64,000 nt of DNA from Tubulanus polymorphus. Lineage: Eukaryota; Animalia; Nemertea. A program made the position numbers and the translations under genes. The stretch spans positions 5,356,231-5,420,230 of the forward strand of contig NC_134033.1 of NCBI RefSeq assembly GCF_964204645.1, given 5' to 3'. Within the stretch, counting starts at the first letter, position 1. Every line of letters starts with the position of its first letter. Positions 22,899 through 34,500 of the stretch are shown here, one piece after another. The notes beneath the pieces are model-generated. The model worked only from the letters and a program-made list of their open reading frames with translations, was not told where the DNA came from and did not search any database.

Positions 22899-25677
22899 AA
22901 CTCTCGCGCTTTATCGTAAGTCAACGCGAACTCCATAAACTCTCGTCGTGATATTACGCGGAGCCGGGTTTTTCGTTCGTTGATTTTGTTGAAAGGAATC
23001 TCCCATCGTTATTTCCTATCGAACATATAAACATACTTACAACCTGACCGGCAACCAGTCTAGCCCCGAAATTAATGCCGTCAACTCATGCCACTGATAT
23101 TCATCTATGACCAACGCCGATTTTGATCGACCTTCACTGGCTACCGGGATCGGGGTTTGTTCTAGCTCAGATATATGAAATAACTACAAACTAGTGCAGT
23201 ACATGATATGATAGATCCAGATGAAAATAGAGAGTGAGAAAATGAGGACATGATTTAGACACTGATATGACAGTGGCCAGTCCGGCATTCAAAAAAGGTC
23301 AAGCACCTAATGCAGACTGTCCAGTATATATAGCATAACATATAGATAATATTCTTAATTTATCTCAAATATGTTTAGTAAGTTATCGAAATTAATTGCT
23401 AATAATACAATTGGCCGGTACGAATAAAATCAATCACTTAGGCAGAAAACCCGTTATCCATTACAATCCAATGTATACAGCATTACGGTTCATTCATTAC
23501 TAAAGACAATGCTGGTTCAGCAAAGCCTAAAGGCTGCATAACGCTGGTGTCTTGCAGAAGGAAAATGCAAGAAAATGTAGTAGGCTACAGACGGAAGTAC
23601 TTGAAAATTTCTGTATTGAGATTAGAAATCTATCAAAAGAAGAAAATTGAGATTAACCATCATCATTAAGTCATCTAAGGTGCTTTACCGAATCATAGCA
23701 ACGGAATGCGTGTACAATTTAATACGATTAGAATGTAGTACGAGATAAAATTGGGCAGCAGTACAAAACAAGCAATATAGCTTAGGTAAGAAAAACCTTC
23801 TAAAAATATCAGTCGCCATGCTCAAGCGTTTCAATAAACTGGCCTGTTTACTTCAACAAAAAAATCAGTCTACTTTCGATATTCAAACTCAAACAGATAA
23901 ATCAAACTCAAACTGTATAACTGGGAAACCGGTATGGTCGAATACTTCTGACAAAATGCCAGCTAGGCAAAAACCGGTTTTTCAATAATTAACGATGTTC
24001 CCGACAGCCTCGTTACTATTGAACGCTAAACTTAAGTCGCGTACAAGACTGTGACATTTCTAGAACGCAAGCCGTATTCAAATAGAAAATATATCATACC
24101 CACTAGCCTAGTTATATATCATTCTTACATATTGGACCTTTCCGGATTTCATATATACGAAATATACAAAATATTGCACACCGCATCGATAACCGCTTGG
24201 ACTTTGTGTGAAGAAGGTGTCGTCTGGTTTTCAAATCAATATGACGCAATCGAACCATGGAACAATCAGATACATTAACCACAGAGAAATGGAACGGCGA
24301 CTGATCGGTAAAAATTCCTATACTTTTTTTTGTAAACGTCATTCAGATCAAGGTATCTTCACGATTAATATCACGCAGTTCTGGAAGTTGTATTTCCACA
24401 GTGCCCAACCTTAGTGCGTGGTATAACTTCACTGACACTAAGGTTCTCGGTGAACGATTCATAGAAATTACGATGGTAAAGATAAGTTTAAATAGTTTAA
24501 GTATAATACCATTAAAGTAAATGATTAAAACGTTTGACAGGTTCGGAGTTAAGCTAAACTACATCCTAGGAGAAACAAAAATATAAAAATGATCATAAGA
24601 TTACAAGATAAAAACCCACAATGTACAAATTAAAAGAAATTTAAAATCAAGAATTAGATCCACCCCTGAGCCATTATTTAAATTGGTACTAATATCTGAG
24701 TGACGAGTAATTAGGGCAGAATCAACTATGTGGCATTTAGTGATCATGATCATAAAGATATACGGTAAATTAACATTGAAAAATATGGGTTTTACTAAGG
24801 AATGTTAGGGACAGGAACTAATAAGAGATTTCTCGCCTAAAATACAGACACATTAGACAAAAGATTATGTAGCAGATGTTCATACCAGAAGATATGTATT
24901 TAGATACGAGTTTGTTATGGGAGAGAAGATTATTTAATATCCGTCTACCAGCTACATATTTCATATTCGTAATAAGCAAAAGGAGGAATTTAAAAAAAAG
25001 ATTCGCAATTTTAGTTGTTAGTCCAAAAAACACACGAACGCGTCAATTACAAGCAAAGTAAATTGCCGATGACACGACTGAGGAATGCGACACTTCCGGC
25101 CCATCTTAGGGAAAGGGTTTTTTAAGGATGTGAAATGGTCGAATTAATCAGTCTGGAAATAAAGAAATAGACGTATCACTCTCGACGGAGGCCATGCATG
25201 TTGCACAGGGGGCTGATCCATAGTTCGATACTCAAGTCCAAAAATAATCTTTAGACTGGTTTTAAGTTGTTAGATTGGCCATACAACAAAGATGGCGATG
25301 GACTGGTTTTAAAACAACTCGACTGCGCAATCGGGGGTTAGTTAGATTCAAAGTTCGTTTACGACGTAAAGTAACTTGTTGGTGACATAAATCGCATTGT
25401 CATGTTGGCATTCATCCATGGTTAACGTTAAGCACCTCCTGGCTTCACCTACTTGAGCAAGTTCCGTAAAAATGATATCGATAGATGTAATATAGACATA
25501 CCTTAGAAAGGCCTGCTCGTACATGTTAGGCAGTGAATTGACGAGGTGTCCCGACACAGCCACGGAGGCTGTACAATCACTGTGGACATTCAGACCCCAT
25601 GAACCAGGTAAAAGTTTTATCTACTACTGAGTCATTGAATTAAGTTGATTCTATCGTTTCCTCTTCTCGAATTTCAG

Positions 25678-26048
25678 CGAGCGCGGCATCGACGATCGGT
25701 CAACAGGGGGCACCACGTTATCTCGATTCGTACCTACACGATTGGACAAGTTACCGCACGAATCTGAACCACGACGTCATAGACCAAATGTTCGGCCGTT
25801 ACAAAGACGCTTCCGCGAGACTTCTCGAATTCATGCGCATGAATTTGACAGGTCGCGACGCCGTTTATTCGCCGTCTGCGTTCGACGACGACACGGGTAT
25901 CGATTTACCGGACTGGTCGTCGTCGTCGTCACCGGAACTATCGATGACGCAGTCTCAGCAGCCGCGTTCCGGTTCGGAGGCGACGAACTTGTGGCGCGTT
26001 AGAGTCGAAATACCCAGAGTTTATCTCGACCGCGTTTGTTATAAATGA
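25678..26048 (+). CDS. Probable terminal coding exon of an unknown protein (SAASTIGQQGAPRYLDSY...VEIPRVYLDRVCYK*)
   Basis: Strong acceptor (tttcctcttctcgaatttcag), 122 open codons after a phase-1 start, and the CpG-rich codon style of the other host exons in this window. No recognised domain. Confidence 0.55.
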
Positions 26049-26722
26049 AAAGCGTAATGTGAACAAAAGCCATAAAATCTTGATCTAGATAATCAACCAT
26101 ATTTCTTCGCAGTTTTAGATTCTTTCCTGTTCATAACCACCTCTAATATATGTCGCCTTTTAGAACATTTTTGGTCCAGGTGCAACCACTTAAATCCGCC
26201 CTGCGAGCTTCAAGGGGCCTAATTCTTATTCTACGGCTTACTTTTGGGGAGTTCAGCCCGCTTGAGACCTGACGCCTTCGACCCCAAGTGGGCCGAGTTC
26301 TCTTCCAGGATCCTTCGTTGCAAAAAACATCGGTCAGGTCAGCAGCCACGTCATTTCCGCAAACTCCACTTCAAATCTATCAAACATCTGGACAACATCA
26401 ACGAACAACGAAATATCTCCATATTTATTTCAATATTTATTATTTTATTTATCTCCATAAAATCTATCACAATATTACGATAAAAGTCCACAAAATTTAT
26501 ACACAATGATTGATAACAACAGCGAGATCACTATGAAACGGCGTATCAAACATAGATTTTCTGTATTAACTCGAGGAGTTTGATTATAACAAAAAACGAA
26601 AAAAACCAGTAACACCGTCTGACCAAGAGCTTATTGTCGCATCGACCAAAGAAATCGCCGAATTGAATGCAGAATTTGACCCATCAGACCAACAGAATGA
26701 AGGCATCTGTTGTTTAAGGCAG

Positions 26723-27767
26723 ACTAGGGGTCCAGGGACACCATGCCCACTTGGGGAGTGGTTTCCAATGCTCAACAATCTAACAATTTCAATATTCAAC
26801 GCCCCCTGGTGACCATATACAAAAACCAATGACCTTGAAACTCACTACAATCATAGAACATGTCAGCGGCTACGATTTTCTTATTTATTGTGATAACAAA
26901 ATATGCCTCGTTACCAATTTCATATGGAAATACAAGGTAATTCTACTATTCAACGCCCCCTGGTGACCATATGCAATACCTATTGACCTTGAAACTCACC
27001 ACAATAATAGAACATGTCATAAACTACAACTTTGCAATTGATCATGGTAACAAAATATGCCTAGGTTCCAATCTAATAAGGAAATACTAAGTTATTCTAC
27101 TATTCAACACCCCCTGGTGACCATATAGAATAACTAATGTCCTTAAAACTCACCACAATCATAGACAATGTCATGAGCTACAACTTTGCAATTGATCGTG
27201 GTAACAAAATATGCTTAGGTATCAATATAATGTGGAAAACCTTTTTCCCACCTACGAATGAGTACTGATGATACCAAGATGGCCGCCAACTGCGTCATTA
27301 TTGGCCGATCAAAAATACCTGGCTCAGGTATAAAACATGCTTTTCCAAAGAATACCCATCACAAATTGCAATGAGAAATGGCAAACCAATAGGAAGCTAC
27401 AGGACTCGGAATTCGGGGCAAAATTGACAATTTTGGGCATTTAAAAGGTCATAGGACAGCCATCTTGAGTTCGATCACTCCAATTTATCTTATGGTGATG
27501 GGCCCTTGGGGGATTTAAATATATATGAAAGATCAAGGTAATTGATTTAAGCGTCTTCAAAATTTCCCCCAAAAAGCTCAAAAAGTGCTGATTTTGACAA
27601 ACAACAATGGCTGCCAGTCGGCCATCTTGATTCTGGCAGGGCCAGTTTTTGGACTGAAAATGTGTCTAGGGTAGATACATGTATAAACCAAATATAAACC
27701 AAACGGACGACGGATGAAAAGTTAACGCAATAGCCCGCTGGGACTAAAGTCCCAAGTCGGCTAAAAA
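26723..27767 (-). mobile_element. Second, complete-looking HINE-like copy
   Basis: Reverse-complement similarity to 5684-6920 along its length; internal units at about 26801, 26955 and 27109; subterminal GCCCACTTGGG / CCCAAGTCGGC. Confidence 0.75.
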
Positions 27768-27839
27768 CGCTGCCAGTCACTTCGCAAGATGATTGGAGCT
27801 TCATTCAGTGATCTGAATGGCCAAGATGTAATTTGAAAA

Positions 27840-28070
27840 CCCTCTGTAATTTGATTGGTCTCGCAGATTTATTCCAAATCTGATTGGTCAAAGAGCTAAA
27901 TCCTGCAATGTGATTGGTTGAGGAGATTCATTCTGCAATGTGATTGGTGGAGATCTATCCAGCAATATGATTGGCGGAGGAGGTTCATTCTACTAATTGA
28001 TTGGTAAGAACTTCATCCAGCAATCCGATTGGTCGAATTGATCATACCAGCAATCCGATTGGTCGAGGAC
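27840..28070. repeat. Degenerate ~30-bp array with GATTGG core
   Basis: About eight gcaat.tgattgg units. Confidence 0.75.
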
Positions 28071-28941
28071 AATTCCCTCAGAGATAATACATGTATCACA
28101 AATTACTTACCACCTCTCAGGGTACGATTTTAATATAAAGAGTATTTTCAGATAACACGTGGCGGGCAGGTATCACTTTTGTGCTTCAGTGAATATAATT
28201 TCAAAACTGTTCCTCTTTTTCAAACAGATCGTGACATATTGAGCATTTTACAGATCGAAGATTGTGCCACCGTTAAGCAGCTATCAACCTGCTGACTGTA
28301 CACATCCCTTGATATGTTCGACAAACATTCACCATTTTCCCAAAACACTTCCGTCCAGGTGACGCCGACCCAGTAACAGTACCGCAGAGACTTTTCTTTG
28401 AAATGAACTAGGATATCATGTCTGAACCATCAGTTTTAGACAGAGACATTCACTATATTCGAAAAATGGCGTCCCTTCAGAATTTTCCATTCAAAGGCGA
28501 TCGTCTGAGGGGGTTGGGTACATATAGCAGATTGAAAGCTGCATGAATACATTAAAAACTTTACCCTGTTGTTGGGATTCACGAATATGATAAAAAAGGC
28601 GAACACATTTCCCTGATCAACAAAACTGTAACACCAGCTATCCCGCCAGATGGCATGACGAGCGCTTAGGCTAAAATATAATGTGATACACCTTGCTTCT
28701 TCTTATCGGCTGACCCATTTTGTAAATCGAAATTATAATTTAACTTCATAATTAGTTCATTTCTATACTGCCGGGTCTGTTATGGTTATCACGATCGTGA
28801 TTTTTCAAAAAGAAAAGAAAATATTCAACAAGGTAGGGTAGGCCTAGTGGGTCGTCTTACGAGCACAGCAGAAATGAGAAACGAGGTATCAATTTCTTTA
28901 GCCTTGTTTTCATAATCTGCTCATTATGTGGGACGGATCCA

Positions 28942-29082
28942 GGGGCCAGTCGCACGGTCGTGACCTAAGTCCAAAAGTGGTCTTAAATCTCAAGACTGGT
29001 CTTAAGTTGGTAGATTGGCTATGTAGAACTAAGTTGGTCTCAGACTGGTCTTAAGTCTAAGTCATGACTATGCAACCGACCC
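28942..29082. mobile_element. ~140-bp palindromic MITE
   Basis: GGGGCCAGTCGCA..GTCGTGAC / GTCATGACTATGCAACCGACCC; relatives at about 46608-46743 and 25207-25337. Confidence 0.7.
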
Positions 29083-31596
29083 GGGAGGCCTAAGTAGCCT
29101 GGGTTACTCGATACTTACAAATTGGCATAAGCAGTTCCACATACTGCAGAACCTCGTTAGAACCACCTCTAATACACCGATTTATCGATTATTACGAACC
29201 TAGAATTTCGTCCAAAAACGGACAATATGAACTACCTTGGTACTTTCATACCGAATATAACGAACTATCGGTTATAACGAACGGATTTTCTGGTCCGAGT
29301 GAAGTTCGCTGTAACGAGGTTCCGCTGTTATAACTTTCATGACATTCAACAAAATACAAAACGACGTATTCGGAAAATTCCCGAATGGACGAAATCAACT
29401 GCGTATTAGAAAACCAGTTGGACGGATAGACAAAAAATTTTGCGACAGGGTTTTTAATGGGAATCGAAGAAGAAAAAGAAGCCTTTGTTCTCCTTCGTCT
29501 AGAATACACGGATATAGTTCAACCGCTGAATTGCTGTTTTGTCAGCAATGTACATCATTAATACGGAATGAAACCAGCATGATTTTATTCGACGACGTAA
29601 AATAACTATGATATTGAAATGTAACGAATTGACAAGTTTCGCCTGCATAAAATAACATTATCGGTAGCTCGGCGCGGTAAGATGAGATGCCGAGCCATGC
29701 TGGCAGCAATTCGAACCTGATGGACTCGAGACTCGCCACGGTACAAAGCCCCTCCACACTAGACCGAGTGCATGGGTTTAAGCGCAGTTTAGACGCTGTC
29801 ATTATTAGCCAATCAGAAATCCTATTTCATTCCAGCTCGGGTTTTTCCATTTGTAGTTCTTCCGTGAAATACGCCTCAGCATACAACGAGCAATCTGATT
29901 GGAGCCGCAAGTTTTTGTGCGGTTTAACCTGCACGTCTGGGGTTTCGTGCCGGGGTTTCGTGCCGTGGCTGAATGCAGCAATCAGGTTCGAATTCTGCCG
30001 GGAGGATGACTGCGTACGGACAGCACTTCAAAGGCGATGGTCCCGTCGTGAGACCAAATAGGGTTAGTCGGCCACGATCGGGAAAATTTCGCCCGGGTCA
30101 AGGCGGCCCCGACCAAATACAAATCGCATTTTGCCCGTGCTTAACTAGAGAGCGAGGTCACACGTAAATCACTGACTCGACACTAGATATAATTTCAAAA
30201 TGACGCAGTGGCAAGTTAGGCAAGTCACTCCCCAAACCAGTAAGCATTCACGCGCAACATTTCGAGGTGCGCTTTGGCATCGGCCCGGCCCGATATTACC
30301 TTTGACCCGCGTCAAAAAAACTCGAGTCGAGATCCAAACCAGGTGAGAGCAAGATAAACAAACAAATAAATACGAGAACCGTACATCAATCGGTTAATAA
30401 CATTAGACGAAACAGAAATTTGCCATTTCTTAATTGCTTTTTGCATACGTTTTCTCGACTACCTTTCTTTATAGCTTTTCGCACACCAGAAAATGGCTTG
30501 ATCTGCGATATCACATACACTGCACCTTCAGACAGCACACGACACTGATGATAACAACAGAATTTATGTAAAACTTGAAGTCGACTTACAAAGTCAACTC
30601 GGAAAGTGAAAAAAAAAATGTTTTTACATTTAAATGCATTATCATATGTCATTTTCAACGTTATAATCCTATCGTTATCAAACTCTTTCAACACTGACTA
30701 ATCGATAAGCACTGGAGATAATTTTCAAAAGTTCAAAAAATTCCACCTCCGCGTGTTGAATGACAGGCACACTGCTTAAGTGCGTCTACACCGTGGTGCG
30801 GAGTATCGATAGTTACTAATATTTCACTATGTTTGACAGGTGCTGCCATCTTTTGACACGGATAACAACAAAATCACCAATGACCTCAATACGATTTACA
30901 CCACGACGTGGTGGGCATCAATTCAGGGCATCTAAGTTTTTTCCTTACATAATTCAAAAATATTCTAAAGCCTTCGTGCAAAAAACAACAACATTGTATC
31001 ACAGTAAGAGACATTACACAGGACGTGGATATTTCATTTCTTTCATTTGCTCGGAGGAGTGCTTTACTCACTCGTGCGGGGAATTTGCACCTGATGGCAT
31101 TAGCAGCCTAAGTCACAGTGCGAACCCCGCCCCATTACCCCCGGTGCACAGCTTTTTAAAACCCCTTTAAGGTTTTTGGCGTTGATTTACGAATTGAATT
31201 GAAATGTTAAAGATATCGAAGGGCCATCTTCCAGTAACCACCAGCGAACCTGGCGGATCGACAAGGAATCCTCGCTCGCCACAGCAGCATTGCCCGGGTA
31301 CCCCGTTGACGCTTGGAGTAGACGGGAGCAATTGAAATCAAATGTTACAAAAAGAAGAGGTAAACTTAGAGGTAGCAGAATATTTTGACTTGAACTATGA
31401 CCTCAGAACTAGGTCGACAGCACGCCGGCTTTCATGTCGAACATAGAAAACATGAAAATCATTACGCTTAATCTAACGAAACGAATAACGTACGAGATGA
31501 AAAATGCGTATTTCATACAAACGCGACATTTCACTTTTTCTCCAGTTCGAACCCAACGCGTACGCAGACACACGGACACGCACGCGGGCGTGCGCG

Positions 31597-34500
31597 CTAC
31601 GTAGACGCGACCGGCGATCGCTGTTGCGAGTTGGTCGTCTTTTGGCTGACAACATTGTTTATACGACCGATACTCATAGCCCACAAACTGGATGGCATCG
31701 CGGGTCTGAAAAATCAAAGGATAACGAGACATTAGGTTTAATTACGGGGACGAGTCAAATGGCAGCAAGGACAAGCTCTTAGTTTTTGACGCGATCTGAT
31801 TGGTCCTTATACCAAGTACATCTAGGCCAAACCATCAATAGGAAGGATGAGTACTGAATTCATAGTTTTATAGTTCGTTTTTGAAGCGATGTGATAGGCT
31901 TATATATCGAAGTTACCGACTCAATTGACCAATGAAGAGGAAGAACATTAAAATGATAGAAAGTTTTAGAAACAATCCGAATGGCCCATATAATCTAAGT
32001 CAGTTGATGAGGAAGAACATTAGAGTTTTCAGTTATTGAAGCAATCTGATAGGCCCAAATGTTAAGTTATAGTGTCAAATGACCAATGAAGAAGAAGAAC
32101 ATTAAATCCATAGTTGTAGATGCAATCTGATTGGCCAATATTTTAAGTATCTAAGTCAATTGACCAATAAGGGAGAACATTTGAGTTCTTCAATTTTGAT
32201 GCAATCTGATAGGCCAATACTAAATTGAATACCGTGCATGTTTCCAAGTCGACTGACCAAAACGATGTAGCAAAATTCAAATTAAATCTTAGCAGCAATT
32301 TCATTGGCCGATATACTAAGTATCTACATACGTCAATTGACCAATAGGAAGGAACAAGATTCTCATCAGAAGTTGTGAAAAAATCATCAGGGTAACAAAT
32401 TTTGTGAACTTGTTTGAGTACTACGTATCTGTATGTCTGTAGCGATTGTTTAGACTAGGATCATGTTTCATGTGTTTACGTGTTTGGCAGTGGATAGATG
32501 ACTTTTTTGTATATAAAATGTTGTTAGTGTGACTTTTTATCCAAGGCGGTAGTTTCTTATTTTATTTTAAGATATCAAAAAAAAACTCCAGGCGGGCGCT
32601 GATGAGAATCAAGTGATTTATTTTATATGGCCTTAGATCAATAAACCAACAAGTTTTCAATAAGTATTAAGCATCTGATTGGCCTGCCAGAGCCGGCTTC
32701 CAGCAAATAAAACAATAAGACCAGATAAATACTTGGATCGAATGAGGCAATCCTATAAAACATTTCGAAGATTTTTTCATTAAACTTACGGCGAATGTGG
32801 AGTTGACCTGTTGAAAGATTCAGCTGCATCGTGCATGATTTCGTCGAAATCTTTAGAATAGTTTGTAGATTTAGCAGATGACTCCGCCAGTAAATCATCC
32901 ATCGTGAATTTCAAACGGCCTGAAAAATTTCGAGAAAAGATTTCCTGTTTATTATCGATTCGAAATATGAAAATCAAGAGACTGAACGGTACGAACCCCG
33001 GCCCTAGTAGACACAACCTCAGTTGGCAGGGATTCAAACCTGATGACATAAGACTCTGTCCTAGTAGACACATTCCCCTCAGCATGGATTCGAACCTGAT
33101 GACATCGTGAGACCCTGTCCCAGTACAAACCCCTGCCCCTAATAGACACACCCTCAGTTGGCAAGGATTCAAACCTGATGACAAGACTCTGTCATGGTAC
33201 TAACCCCTGTCCTAGTAGACACACCCTCCTTCAGCAGGGATTCGAACCTGATGACATCGTGAGACCCTGTCCCAGTACAAACCCCTGCCCCTAATAGACA
33301 CACCCTCAGTTGGCAAGGATTCAAACCTGATGACAAGACTCTGTCATGGTACTAACCCCTGTCCTAGTACACACCCTCCCTTGGCAGGGATTCAAAATCG
33401 ATGACATCATTAGACTGTCATGGTACAAACCTGTCCTAGTAGACACATCCTCCCTCAAAGAGAAGAGCCAGCGTACAAGAATAAACTCGAATAAAATCAA
33501 ACTTACTGGCATCGATTTCGGGCGTCAAAAGTTTCGCCTTTTCGTAGAGTTGATTCGCCGTGAACGCGTGCGGAATGCGCGGGAACTCGCCGCGTTCGCC
33601 GAGGTCGAATCCGAACGACACGAGAATGTGTCGGAAGAACTTGTTGGACAACACGTTCTCCTGCGCGTCGGTGTACGGCAACAACGGGATGCAGCGGCCG
33701 AATTCTGCGAAAGGAAAAAATACCACACAATTAGAATTCCATTGGAATTCAACGAGGAGAACACGCTCATCTATTATCACCATTATCATTATCATTAGGG
33801 CAGCTTATTCCACGAGCGTGCAGCCAGGCGTGTTGGAAGCAATCTTTGATTGCCGCAGCCAATTGCGAAAAACGATGGGTCCAGGGACACCATGCCCGCT
33901 GGGAAAGTGGTATGAAATACTCAACAAACAAGCAATTTCAATATTCAACAACCCCTGGTGAACATATTAAGAAAGCAATGACCTAAATGAAATGTAATGT
34001 AATGTAATTTATTTCATCATCAATAAATTACGAATAAAATTTATAGTAAATAAGTAGATTGATGATGAGGGTCTGAACAGAGCCTTAAAGGCTGTACAAT
34101 CACTAGGATGTTCAGGCCCCCTAGAGAAAAAAAAGAAGATTAATGGTAATGATAACAATAGTTATAATTATAATAATAATAATAATAATAACAAAAATTA
34201 TGGTAATAATTATAATGACAATAACAATGATTATTATTATTATCATAATAATTGCAACCGTAATTATAATTATAATTTACTGTAAAAAGCCTCTTATTGA
34301 CATTTGAGCAGATGGAAGATAGATGAATCGAAAAAAATTGCTTTATGTTGGAATGTATTTCATTATCATCAATATGTACTAAGTGTTTGCTTTTTAAACC
34401 TGCTTTTCAATGAAATAATTGATGGGGTGGATTTTATAACGTGCGATTGAGCCTGCCACAATGACGGTGCTTTGCGAAGAAAAGATGAATTCAGTATATG

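Larger units (their letters stand above)
18441..23015 (-). pseudogene. Inverted partial duplicate of the GT14 transferase (exons 2-3), disrupted
   Basis: 18441-18709 is nearly identical to exon 3 (YMGGKAIQCQGRFRNDICIPGVGDLSKL...). The exon-2 copy is split by a LINE (about 20076-20162 and 22899-23015) and has frameshifting deletions. No exon-1 homology; similarity ends near 23106. Confidence 0.92.

Noticed and set aside
32786-32789. TAA at 32788-32786 as the timeless stop
   Set aside because: It lies within a consensus GTAAGT donor, and a phase-compatible terminal exon exists at 31705-31597. Use as an alternative end cannot be excluded.
33346-33961. Plus-strand ORFs of 133-150 aa (likewise 7882-8151, 9213-9497, 46668-46967, 54130-54429)
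   Set aside because: Antisense shadows of GC-rich real exons.
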